Shown piece after piece: positions 26,727 through 35,676 of a stretch of 43,523 nucleotides of DNA. Below the pieces are notes generated by a model, which saw only the letters and a program-made list of their open reading frames with translations, had not been told where the DNA came from and did no database searches. The DNA comes from Deltaproteobacteria bacterium (GTDB lineage Bacteria; Desulfobacterota; Binatia; UBA12015): assembly GCA_046583355.1 (NCBI GenBank), contig JAYGCM010000013.1, forward strand, positions 1-43,523. Direction: 5' to 3'. The position numbers were made by a program, and so were the translations under genes. Position 1 is the first letter of the stretch, and every line of letters begins with the position of its first letter.

Positions 26727-27404
26727 TCAGCCGATCGAGAAACGCTTGTTGGTGGCCGCGACGATCAGATCCGCGGTGCCCTCGATGCCAAAGGTCGCTG
26801 TATCGAGGCAGAGATCGAAATCGGAGGGGCTGATCGACTCGACCGAGAAGTCGCGCTTGAGGAACTCCGAGCGGTTCGACTCTTCTTTTTTGAGAATTGC
26901 CTCCGCATCGGCGACCGGCAGGCCGGTCTTCTTGGTGTACCAGGCGACGCGATTTTCCAGCGGTGCCGTGAGCAATACGCGTAGCGTCGTCGCCTTGGGC
27001 AGGATGAAGGCCGAGCCACGGCCGAGGATGACGGCGTTGCCGCGATGGCCGATATGGCTCACCACGTGGACGAGATCCTTCAGATAGTCGGTTTCGTTGA
27101 AGCTGTCCGAGCTGAAGCCGTCGAGGATATGACGCTCGATTGCCGTGCGGAAATGCTCGTCGAGGTTGGCGACGAGAGATTGGCGAATATTCTCCTCGCG
27201 CGCGATTTCTTCGACGATTTCTTTGCCGAAGAAGCCGAAGTCGAGGGCTTCGGCGACACGGCGACCGATCTCCGTGGCGCCCGAGGAGGGGAAGCGGTGG
27301 ATCGAGACGGATGGGCCGTCCTGCTTGCCCTTGGCGGCCAGCTGTTCTTTTTCCCAGCGTTGGGCTTGCCGGTCGACGAGATCCTGGATGTGGCGAATCG
27401 TCAT
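26727..27404 (-). CDS. Cytidylate kinase-like family protein (Cytidylate_kin2)
   Basis: VSIHRFPSSGATEIG degenerate P-loop, GNAVILGRGS, LRVLLTAPLENRV, FDLCLDT. Confidence 0.8.
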   Translation of the reverse strand: MTIRHIQDLVDRQAQRWEKEQLAAKGKQDGPSVSIHRFPSSGATEIGRRVAEALDFGFFGKEIVEEIAREENIRQSLVANLDEHFRTAIERHILDGFSSDSFNETDYLKDLVHVVSHIGHRGNAVILGRGSAFILPKATTLRVLLTAPLENRVAWYTKKTGLPVADAEAILKKEESNRSEFLKRDFSVESISPSDFDLCLDTATFGIEGTADLIVAATNKRFSIG

Positions 27405-27520
27405 TTTTCCCTCGTTCTCTCTTGCGTACACGGCCGGGCGAATGTGCTCGGCCGAGCAGAAACGTAGCAGCGACAGCCGTATTCCGCACCCACTCCTTCG
27501 TGCTAACCGAGGGGGTAGGC

Positions 27521-28666
27521 ATGCAGCACTTTCGATTTGATTTGCAACATCTTCCGCCCGAGGCCGACGTTCTGCGCCACGAAGTGCGCAGCTTTCTGGC
27601 CGACGCTTTGGCGGACCTGCCGCGGCACGAACGGGCGCGCACCTGGTTTGGCGTCGATACCGATTTTACCCGGCGGGTGGGCGAGCGGGGCTGGATCGGA
27701 ATGACCTGGCCGAGCGAATACGGCGGCGCCGAGCGCAGCTTCCTCGAGCGCTTCGTCGTGCTTGAGGAAATGCTCGCCGCCGGGGCGCCGGTCGCCGCGC
27801 ATTGGATGGCGGATCGCCAAAGCGGTCCGCTTCTTCTGCGCTTCGGTAGCGAGGAGCAGAAGCGCACGATCCTGCCTGGCATCTGCCGCGGCGAGACCTA
27901 TTTCTGCATCGGCATGAGCGAACCCGATACCGGCTCGGACCTGGCTAGCGTACGCGCACGGGCGCAGAAGACCTCCGATGGCTGGCGGCTTGAGGGTACG
28001 AAGCTTTGGACCAGTGGTGCGGCAATGGCGCATTTCATGGTCGGCCTCTTTCGCTCCGGCGAAGAAGAGCGTCATGCGGGACTCTCGCAATTTCTCATCC
28101 CGATGGACACGCCGGGAATTCAGGTGCGACCTATCCGCGACCTCGCGGGTAGTGATCATTTTTGCGAGGTCGTATTCGACGCCGTGGACCTGCCTGCCGA
28201 CGCATTGATCGGCGAAGAAGGCGGTGGCTGGAAGCAGGTCATGGCCGAATTGGCCTACGAGCGCAGTGGGCCGGAGCGTTATCTTTCCTGCCATCCGCTG
28301 CTCGAAGAGATGGTGCGTGAGCTCGGTCCGGTTGCGGGCGAGCGCGCCGAGGTTGAGGTGGGCCATCAGGTCGCCTGGCTGGCAACCATGCGCACGATGT
28401 CGACCTCGGTGGCCTCGCTTCTGCATGCGGGCGAGAGTCCCGACCTTGAGGCTGCGGTGGTCAAGGACCTGGGGGCTGTCTACGAGCAGGATCAGCCCGG
28501 CCGGGTCCAGGAGTTGCTCGGTATGGCGCCGAGCCGGAGCGTGTCGGCCTCGACCAGCCAGAAGATGCTGGCCCACCTGGTCATGAATGCTCCTTCGTTT
28601 TCCCTGCGTGGTGGCACGCGCGAGATTCTACGCGGAATCATCGCCCGTGGATTGGGGCTCCGATGA
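27521..28666 (+). CDS. Acyl-CoA dehydrogenase
   Basis: GWIGMTWPSEYGG, FCIGMSEPDTGSDLAS, GTKLWTSGA, LAYERSG, SLRGGTREILR. Confidence 0.92.
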   Translation: MQHFRFDLQHLPPEADVLRHEVRSFLADALADLPRHERARTWFGVDTDFTRRVGERGWIGMTWPSEYGGAERSFLERFVVLEEMLAAGAPVAAHWMADRQSGPLLLRFGSEEQKRTILPGICRGETYFCIGMSEPDTGSDLASVRARAQKTSDGWRLEGTKLWTSGAAMAHFMVGLFRSGEEERHAGLSQFLIPMDTPGIQVRPIRDLAGSDHFCEVVFDAVDLPADALIGEEGGGWKQVMAELAYERSGPERYLSCHPLLEEMVRELGPVAGERAEVEVGHQVAWLATMRTMSTSVASLLHAGESPDLEAAVVKDLGAVYEQDQPGRVQELLGMAPSRSVSASTSQKMLAHLVMNAPSFSLRGGTREILRGIIARGLGLR

Positions 28667-29742
28667 ACGAAACACGACAGATGCTCTACGAGACTGCCGA
28701 GCGGTTTTTTGCAGCGCACGCGCCCGCCAATGCGGGCGCTTCTGCCGATGCGGCGGAGATGCCAGCGGCGCTCCAGGAAGAAGCGAGCCGGCTGGGGTTC
28801 TTTGCGCCGCATGCTCTCAGCGACGAAGGCGGCGGCTGGCAGGATGCCGGGGTGATTTTGCGCGCCGCCGGTCGCCACGCCATACCGCTTCCGCTTGCCG
28901 AGTCGATCGCCGCCTCGTGGCTGGCGTCGCGTGCAGGATTGCGCATACCGGAGGGCCTATTCTCGCTTGCCCCTGTGGCCGCTCCGGAGGGCGCGCTGGG
29001 AAATGGGGGTGGCGCATTGGAGTTGCTGGACGTGCCCTTCGGTCGCCATGCCGATTTCGTGCTGGTCACCGAAGCCGCTGGTGAGACACTGCGGCTGGCG
29101 ATCCTGCCGACCGAGGGTTGTCGTATTTCGCCCAGTGAGACGATCGCCGGAGAAGCGCGGGATGGTTTGGCCTGGTCGGCCGCGCCGCAGGTGGAGCGCG
29201 CCGAGGTGGCGCTGCCCGCGGATGCCGTCTCTACGCTGATGGCCGCGGCACGCAGCGCACAGATGGCAGGCGCGCTCGAGACGATCCTGGCGCTCGCCGT
29301 CGCCTACGCTGGAGAGCGCGAGCAATTCGGCCGCAAAATCGGTCGTTTTCAGGCGGTGCAGCAGGAATTGGCGCGGCTCGCGGGGCAGGTAGCGGCTGCC
29401 GGCGTGGCCTCCGACGCAGCCTTCCGTGCGCTGGACGAGAAGCAGGCGAATTTTGGCCGCGCAGGCGACGGCCTCGACGACCCGGCTTTCGAGGTGGCGG
29501 TGGCCAAGATCATTACCGGCGAGGCCGCTGAGGTGGGGCCGCGGATTGCTCATCAGGTTTTGGGTGCGATCGGTTTCACTCACGAGCATCACCTGCACCT
29601 TTTCACGCGCCGCCTTTGGTCGTGGCGCGCCGAATACGGCACGGCCACCGAGTGGTCGGCTCGTCTCGGTCGCCTCGCTCTGACCCAGGCGGCTCCCGGC
29701 GCCGCCAGTGGAGTCGGCCTCTGGTCTCTTCTTACGAGATAA
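28663..29742 (+). CDS. Acyl-CoA dehydrogenase family protein (probable partner subunit)
   Basis: ATGA overlap; REQFGRKIGRFQAVQ, AHQVLGAIGFTHEH..RRLWSWRAEYG; lacks the SEPxxGSD motif. Confidence 0.88.
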   Translation: MNETRQMLYETAERFFAAHAPANAGASADAAEMPAALQEEASRLGFFAPHALSDEGGGWQDAGVILRAAGRHAIPLPLAESIAASWLASRAGLRIPEGLFSLAPVAAPEGALGNGGGALELLDVPFGRHADFVLVTEAAGETLRLAILPTEGCRISPSETIAGEARDGLAWSAAPQVERAEVALPADAVSTLMAAARSAQMAGALETILALAVAYAGEREQFGRKIGRFQAVQQELARLAGQVAAAGVASDAAFRALDEKQANFGRAGDGLDDPAFEVAVAKIITGEAAEVGPRIAHQVLGAIGFTHEHHLHLFTRRLWSWRAEYGTATEWSARLGRLALTQAAPGAASGVGLWSLLTR

Positions 29743-29802
29743 GGGGCACGGCTGCCGGTTCCTCATTTGAGGGTCGGCGGGCGGACCTTTAGAGGTTTGG
29801 GG

Positions 29803-30600
29803 ATGTCGGAGGGGAGACTCGCAGGAAAGCGTGCGCTGATCACGGGCGCGGCGTCCGGGATCGGGCGGGCCACGGCGGAGCGCTTTGCTGCCGAGGGTGC
29901 TCGCGTAGCGATTCTTGACCACGACGCCGCGGCGGCGGCAGAGGTCGCCACCGCGGTCGGGGGCATCAGCCACGCAGTCGATCTGGCGGACGCCGAGGCT
30001 GCCGACGGCGCCGTACGTGCTGTCTGCGCCGAACTGGGCGGGCTCGATATTCTGGTCGGCAACGCCGGCATCGGGATGGTGAAACGATTGCACGAGTATT
30101 CGATCCAGGAGTGGGATCGTCTGGTGGCGGTGAACCTGAATGCGGCCTTTTATGTGTTGCGGCCGGCGCTGCCGCTGCTGCTCGAAGGCGAGGGCGGTGT
30201 CGTGATCCACAACGCATCGGGGAGTGCCGTGCGGCCGACGCGCGGCGAGGGGCCTTATGCGGCGGCGAAGGCCGGCCTGGTGGCGCTGACGAGCAATATC
30301 GCGCAGGAATACGGCCCGAAGATTCGCGCCAATTGTGTCTCGCCGGGGATCATCCGCACACCGATGTCCGAAAGTCTCTTCCGCATCCCCGGATTGCTCG
30401 AGCCCTTTGTCGAGGCGAACCCTCTTGGGCGCAGCGGCACAGCGGCGGAAGTCGCCGATGTTTTCGTCTTTCTTGCCAGCAACGAATCCTCCTATCTCAA
30501 CGGGCAGAATATCGTACTCGACGGTGGCGGCAGTCTCGCGCAGCCGGGTATCGACAATATCCTGCGGTTTTCGGTTCCTCCTCTGGAACCAAAGAAATAA
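29803..30600 (+). CDS. Classical short-chain dehydrogenase/reductase
   Basis: TGAASGIG, GNAG, YAAAK, NCVSPG, LDGG. Confidence 0.92.
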   Translation: MSEGRLAGKRALITGAASGIGRATAERFAAEGARVAILDHDAAAAAEVATAVGGISHAVDLADAEAADGAVRAVCAELGGLDILVGNAGIGMVKRLHEYSIQEWDRLVAVNLNAAFYVLRPALPLLLEGEGGVVIHNASGSAVRPTRGEGPYAAAKAGLVALTSNIAQEYGPKIRANCVSPGIIRTPMSESLFRIPGLLEPFVEANPLGRSGTAAEVADVFVFLASNESSYLNGQNIVLDGGGSLAQPGIDNILRFSVPPLEPKK

Positions 30601-30608
30601 GGAATCTC

Positions 30609-32297
30609 ATGTCTCTTACTTACGAAGAATCACTCGAGCAGGTCGTCGCGGCCGGATCCCCTTTTGAAATAGAGGAGGCCGAAATCGACGGGGCGTCCTA
30701 CAAGGTTTTCAAGAATACACCCGCGAGCCTTCGCGTGCTCTTCGACTCCGCGCGGCTGCGTGGCGACAGCGAATTTCTTGTTTACGAAGACGAGCGTTGG
30801 AGCTTCGCCAAGACCATGCAGCATGTCGATGCGATGGGTGCGCTTCTGGTCGAAAAATACGGCGTGCAGAAGGGCGACCGCGTGGCGATTGCGATGCGCA
30901 ACTACCCCGAGTGGATTGTCGCCTTTGCCGCCATCACCTCGGTCGGTGGCATCGTGGTTCTGCTCAATGCCTGGTGGACACCCGCTGAAATCGAATACGG
31001 ACTCTCGGACTCCGGCAGCAAGGTGCTCATTTGCGACCAAGAGCGGATGCAGCGCGCGGGCGCGGCCATGCCCAAGCTGGGTGTTGCGGGCATTGTGGTG
31101 CGTTGCGCAAGCGCGGACGCAGGCTTTGACCGGCTCGAAGATGGAATTGAGCTCGGCAAGGCGATGCCTGCGGTCGAGATCCTGCCGGGTGACGACGCAA
31201 CGATTCTCTACACCTCGGGCACGACCGGGTTCCCCAAGGGGGCGGTCTCCACACACCGCGCCGTGCTCAATGCCTTGATGGCCTTCGGCTGTGGTGCGAC
31301 GGCGGCGAAGGTTCGCAAGGGATCACAAGGAGCCGCGCCGCAAGACGCGCTGCCGGCACCCGCCTGCTTCATTCTCATCGTTCCGCTTTTTCATGTGACG
31401 GGCTGTATCGCCGTGATGCTGGGTTGCTGGCTTGGCGGCTCGCGCCTCGTGATGACCTATAAATGGGATCCCGAGCGCGCCCTACAGCTGATAGAGCGCG
31501 AGAAGGTCACGCATTTCATCGGCGTGCCTACGCAGAGCTGGGACCTTCTCGAATGCGATAAATTCGCTGACTACGATACCTCGAGTCTGACCAATGTCGG
31601 CGGCGGTGGGGCACCGGCTCCGCCCGAGCTGGTCAAGCGTATCGATGGCTCGTTCAAGAAGGGGAGCCCGGGAATTGGCTACGGCATGACCGAGACCAAC
31701 GCCTACGGGCCGCAAAATTCGGGTGCCGACTATCTTTCCAAACCGACCAGCGCCGGGCGTACGGTGCCGATCCTCGAGATGGCGGCCTTCGATGCCGACG
31801 GCAACCAGGTCGCGGTAGGCGAAGTGGGCGAGCTCGCCTTCCGTGGACCCAACCTCATCCGCGGTTATTGGAACAAGCCCGAGGCGACGGCGAAGACGAT
31901 CGTGAATGGCTGGTTGATGAGCGGCGATATCGGTCGGATTGACGAAGAAGGCTTCGTCTATGTGCAGGATCGAGCGAAGGATATGGTCCTGCGCGCCGGC
32001 GAAAATATTTATTGTTCCGAGGTCGAGGCGGCCATCTATGAATTCCCCGGCGTACATGAGGCGGCTGTTTTCGGCCTGCCGCATGAGCGCCTCGGCGAGG
32101 AGGTTGCCGTGGCGATCTACCCGCGCAGTGGAGCGACGATCGATGTCGAGGAGTTCCGCGCCTTCTTGGCCGTGGGCCTCGCGAAGTTCAAAATCCCGAC
32201 TCAGGTACATATTTTCGAGGAGCCGCTGCCGCGCAATGCATCCGGGAAAATCCTCAAGCGCGACCTGCGCGACCTATTGGTGGCGCAGTCGGCGTGA
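30609..32297 (+). CDS. Long-chain fatty acid/acyl-CoA ligase (class I adenylate-forming)
   Basis: YTSGTTGFPKG, GYGMTET, SGDIG, DRAKDMVLRAGENIY, PRNASGKILK. Confidence 0.92.
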   Translation: MSLTYEESLEQVVAAGSPFEIEEAEIDGASYKVFKNTPASLRVLFDSARLRGDSEFLVYEDERWSFAKTMQHVDAMGALLVEKYGVQKGDRVAIAMRNYPEWIVAFAAITSVGGIVVLLNAWWTPAEIEYGLSDSGSKVLICDQERMQRAGAAMPKLGVAGIVVRCASADAGFDRLEDGIELGKAMPAVEILPGDDATILYTSGTTGFPKGAVSTHRAVLNALMAFGCGATAAKVRKGSQGAAPQDALPAPACFILIVPLFHVTGCIAVMLGCWLGGSRLVMTYKWDPERALQLIEREKVTHFIGVPTQSWDLLECDKFADYDTSSLTNVGGGGAPAPPELVKRIDGSFKKGSPGIGYGMTETNAYGPQNSGADYLSKPTSAGRTVPILEMAAFDADGNQVAVGEVGELAFRGPNLIRGYWNKPEATAKTIVNGWLMSGDIGRIDEEGFVYVQDRAKDMVLRAGENIYCSEVEAAIYEFPGVHEAAVFGLPHERLGEEVAVAIYPRSGATIDVEEFRAFLAVGLAKFKIPTQVHIFEEPLPRNASGKILKRDLRDLLVAQSA

Positions 32298-32334
32298 GGA
32301 TGGCGGCTATGCGGCAGCAGCTCTTGGTGGCCGA

Positions 32335-33375
32335 GTGATACTGCGGGGCTTCGTGGCGCTTCTGCTCGTGGCGTTCGCCGCGGCATGCGCTTCCCCGACG
32401 CGCAGCGCTTGCGAGCCGGGTCAGCCCTTGGGCACGATTTGCGGTTTCAATAACCCGGAAGATATCGCCTTTGCCGCGCGCCATGGCGTGCTGGTGGTCA
32501 GCCAGATGGCGCTTGGTGGCGAGGCGGGCTCGATTGCGGCCTATGAACTCGGCGGCCCGGCCCCCAAGCGTATCTGGCCGATCGGGACCCCAGGTGAGTT
32601 CGCCAGGCTCGAGGGCGTGGGCGACCCGGCCTGTGCGCCGGTGGAAGCCGCCGTCTTTGCCCCGCATGGCATCGTGATGGGCCCCAAGGGGCGTGCCTAT
32701 ATCGTCAACCACGGCGGCCGCGAGTCGGTCGAGATTCTCTCGCTCGAAGGCCAGGGTCATGCGGTCCGGGCCGTATGGCGTGGCTGCATCGAGTTGCCGG
32801 CCGGGACGTCGGGTAATGATATTGCCGTCGCTGGCGATGGCGAGATCATCGTGGCGAACTATATGCCGTCAATGACTTCGCTCTCCGGAGGTCTGAAAAC
32901 GGCCTTGGGTATGGTGACCGGCGATATCCTCGCTTGGCGCCCGGACACGGGCTGGCGTCACGTACCGAATACTGAGGCCAGTGCCCCCAACGGTGTGGCT
33001 ATCAGTCCGGACGGTCAGAAAATCTTCTTTGCCGAGACCGGCGGCCGCCAGTTGGTGCGCCTGCGCCGTCACGACGGCGGCGCTCGTGCCGAGGTGGAAA
33101 TTGATGGTGCGCTCGACAACCTCAGTTGGACCCGCGATGGCCAACTCCTGGTCGCCTCGCACGATTCGCTCACGGCCTTCCTTGGTTGTGCGACGGGTGG
33201 AGCCTGCCGCTCGCCCTGGTCTATTTGGTCGATCAATCCCGACACGCTTGCCGTGCAGCGGGTATTTCAGCATGACGGCTCGGTTGTCGGTGCTGTCGCT
33301 TCGGCCGAAGAGGTAGGCGGTAGGGTCTATCTCAGCGCGGTCTTTGGTGATCGCATCGGCGTCTGGCAGCGCTGA
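32335..33375 (+). CDS. SMP-30/gluconolactonase/paraoxonase-like six-bladed propeller lipoprotein
   Basis: GTG start; lipobox AAAC; NPEDI, PHGI, VNHGGRESVE, GNDI, PNGVAISPDG, LDNL (metal-ligand-type E/N/N/D residues). Confidence 0.82.
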   Translation: MILRGFVALLLVAFAAACASPTRSACEPGQPLGTICGFNNPEDIAFAARHGVLVVSQMALGGEAGSIAAYELGGPAPKRIWPIGTPGEFARLEGVGDPACAPVEAAVFAPHGIVMGPKGRAYIVNHGGRESVEILSLEGQGHAVRAVWRGCIELPAGTSGNDIAVAGDGEIIVANYMPSMTSLSGGLKTALGMVTGDILAWRPDTGWRHVPNTEASAPNGVAISPDGQKIFFAETGGRQLVRLRRHDGGARAEVEIDGALDNLSWTRDGQLLVASHDSLTAFLGCATGGACRSPWSIWSINPDTLAVQRVFQHDGSVVGAVASAEEVGGRVYLSAVFGDRIGVWQR

Positions 33376-33398
33376 GGCCCGGCCGAAAAGCCGCGCCT

Positions 33399-34862
33399 CT
33401 AGGTTTTGCGCGGGCGGTTGGCGGCCAGGTCCAGCACGGCGATGAGACGGTCGCGCAACTCGCGGGGGTCGAGGATATCGTCGTAGCCGAAGCGCTCGGC
33501 CATGCTCCAGGGGCCGGAGGCCTGGCGGGCTTCGACTTCGGCCTGCGTGTCCTTGCTCAGACCAGCGGCGCGACCGCCGCTGGCCGCCGGCATAGCGCCC
33601 AGGGTCGCTGTCGGCAGAGCGAAGCAGGCCGTTTGTTGGTCGAAGGGGTTCTGCCCCATGATGGTCGTGCCGAAGCCGAAGGCCTTGCGCACGGTGACGT
33701 GGATTTTGGGTGAGCGCAGCGCACGCTGGGCGCGGAACATGCGGCCACCCCATTTCAGAATTCCTGCGCGCTCCGAGGCGGTCCCGGCCATCAGGCCGGG
33801 GTTGTCGGCAAGGAAGAGGAAGGGCAGGCCGAAGGCGCCCGCGCTGGAGATGAACTCCTCGCCCTTGATGGCGGCCTCAACATCGATGGCGCCGGCGCGC
33901 ACCGCCGGGTTGTTGGCTACAATGGCGGTGGCGTGGCCGCCGAGAAAGGCCAGGCCGGTCAGGAGAGAGGCACCGTAGCCGGGTTGGATCTCCAGAAAAG
34001 AGCCTTCGTCGACCAGGATTTCGAGTACCCGGTGCATATCGTAGCCGCGTCGGTCGTTCACCGGGATGATGTCCAGAATCGCGTCGAGCGCACGCTTGCT
34101 GGTGCTGGCATCCTGCCGCCGCGGCGCGGGCAAGGTGGCGTTGGAGGGGAAGTAGGAGAGATAGCGGCGCGCCATTGCGATGGCGGCGGCGTCGTCTTCT
34201 ACAACATTATGCGCGACGCCGGCGGCCTCGGCGGCGACCTGTGGGCCGCCGAGCTCTTCCTTGCTCACGATTTCGCCGGTTGCGGACGCGACCAGGGGTG
34301 GGCCGGCGGTGAACATCGCGGAGGTGGCGCTCATGATGGTGAAATCAGAGAGTGGTGCGGTGAGCGCACCATGGCCCGCGGCCGACCCCAGCACCAGGCA
34401 AACCATGGGAACTTCGCCCGCCATATCCGCTAGTGCCAGCAGGTCGTTGGGTACCCGGCCGCCGCCGTCTTCGGTCAGCCGGTGGCCGGCGCCGTCGAGA
34501 ATGAAGACCAGCGGTACGCCCTCCTGGCGGGCCAACTCGGCCACTCGGTAGCGCTTGGCCATGGACGCTGCCCCGATCGAGCCGCCGGCAACCGAGAAGT
34601 CCTCAGCACCGGCCAGCACTTCACGGCCGTCGACACGGCCGAGGCCGCAGACCAGCGCGTCGGCCGGCAGGCTCTCGCCGCCGGCCAGGCCGCCGATCTC
34701 AACAAACGAGTCCTCGTCGAAGAGCAGCTTCAATCGCTGCCGCGCATCGAGCTTGCCGCGTGCCGTGATCAGCCGCTCCACGCGCTCGCTACCGCCCATC
34801 GCAAGGCTGGCCGCGCGCCGCCGTTCCAGTTCTGCCAGCAAATGATCCCAATCCTTCTTCAT
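33399..34862 (-). CDS. Acyl-CoA carboxylase carboxyltransferase (beta) subunit
   Basis: GKLDARQRL, DFSVAGGSIG, MFTAGPPLV, KEELGG, ADNPGLMAG, RKAFG, DDILDPRELR. Confidence 0.9.
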   Translation of the reverse strand: MKKDWDHLLAELERRRAASLAMGGSERVERLITARGKLDARQRLKLLFDEDSFVEIGGLAGGESLPADALVCGLGRVDGREVLAGAEDFSVAGGSIGAASMAKRYRVAELARQEGVPLVFILDGAGHRLTEDGGGRVPNDLLALADMAGEVPMVCLVLGSAAGHGALTAPLSDFTIMSATSAMFTAGPPLVASATGEIVSKEELGGPQVAAEAAGVAHNVVEDDAAAIAMARRYLSYFPSNATLPAPRRQDASTSKRALDAILDIIPVNDRRGYDMHRVLEILVDEGSFLEIQPGYGASLLTGLAFLGGHATAIVANNPAVRAGAIDVEAAIKGEEFISSAGAFGLPFLFLADNPGLMAGTASERAGILKWGGRMFRAQRALRSPKIHVTVRKAFGFGTTIMGQNPFDQQTACFALPTATLGAMPAASGGRAAGLSKDTQAEVEARQASGPWSMAERFGYDDILDPRELRDRLIAVLDLAANRPRKT

Positions 34863-35148
34863 GCTCTCGGTATCAGAGCAGTTTCGGAGCCGTGTTTCAG
34901 GTCGCCGCGCGCGACTTTTCCGCATTTGCTTGCATTCCCGCAGAGTTTTCACGTCGCGCACCTCCAGAGCTGCGGCCAGCCCGGGAGTTCCCGGACTTGA
35001 AGGTTGGGGGCATAGTAGGGAGTCTGTTCGAAGCGGGCATGCGCTCGGTTTTTCCCGCACGGAGTTTCCCCATGATTCGATTCATTCCCCAAGGCCCGAT
35101 TGTTCGGGTCGAAGCCTGGATGTGGGGCGGCGCGCAGCCGTAGGTCGC

Positions 35149-35667
35149 GTGTGGGGCCGGCAACGCAAGCCGCGGCGTCCGCCGCGCGACCGTGAGGAAG
35201 CGGAGAAGCGCGCGTTCGCGTCGGCCTGCCGGGCTCTGGCCCGTCGGCCGCGCGGTGACGCTGAGCTGGCGGAATGGTTGCTCGAGCGCGAGCACGAGCC
35301 CGAGGTCGTCGAGGCGACAATGGCCAAGGTCCGCGACCTGGGTTTCCTTGACGACCAAGAGGTCGCGGCGTCCGTCGCGCGTGATGCCGAGCGCCGTCGG
35401 CTCGGCAGTCGTCGCGCGGCTCAGACGCTCCAAAAGCGCAAAATCGACCCCGATGACTCCGCCGCCGCGATCGAATTATTGCGCGACGGAGACCTGAAGC
35501 GCGCGCGCGCATTGCTGGAGCGCCGCTACCCCGATGGCGTGCCCGACGACCCGCGTGAGAAGCAGCGCGCCCTGCGCCGTCTGGTGAGTCGCGGCTATCC
35601 CTACGGCGTGGCGCGCAAGGCGCTTTCCCTGGATTTCGATCTGGATTCCGACTTCGACTTCGAGTGA
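35149..35667 (+). CDS. recX: RecX regulatory protein
   Basis: ALARRPRGDAEL..L; GFLDDQEVA; GSRRAAQTLQKRKI; KQRALRRLVSRGY. Start uncertain (GTG 35122 or 35149). Confidence 0.8.
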   Translation: MWGRQRKPRRPPRDREEAEKRAFASACRALARRPRGDAELAEWLLEREHEPEVVEATMAKVRDLGFLDDQEVAASVARDAERRRLGSRRAAQTLQKRKIDPDDSAAAIELLRDGDLKRARALLERRYPDGVPDDPREKQRALRRLVSRGYPYGVARKALSLDFDLDSDFDFE

Positions 35668-35676
35668 CGCCGTCTT

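Noticed and set aside
34980..34995. CCGGGA..TCCCGG palindrome resembling the one at 14571-14586
   Set aside because: Six-bp GC-rich arms with different spacers; likely chance.
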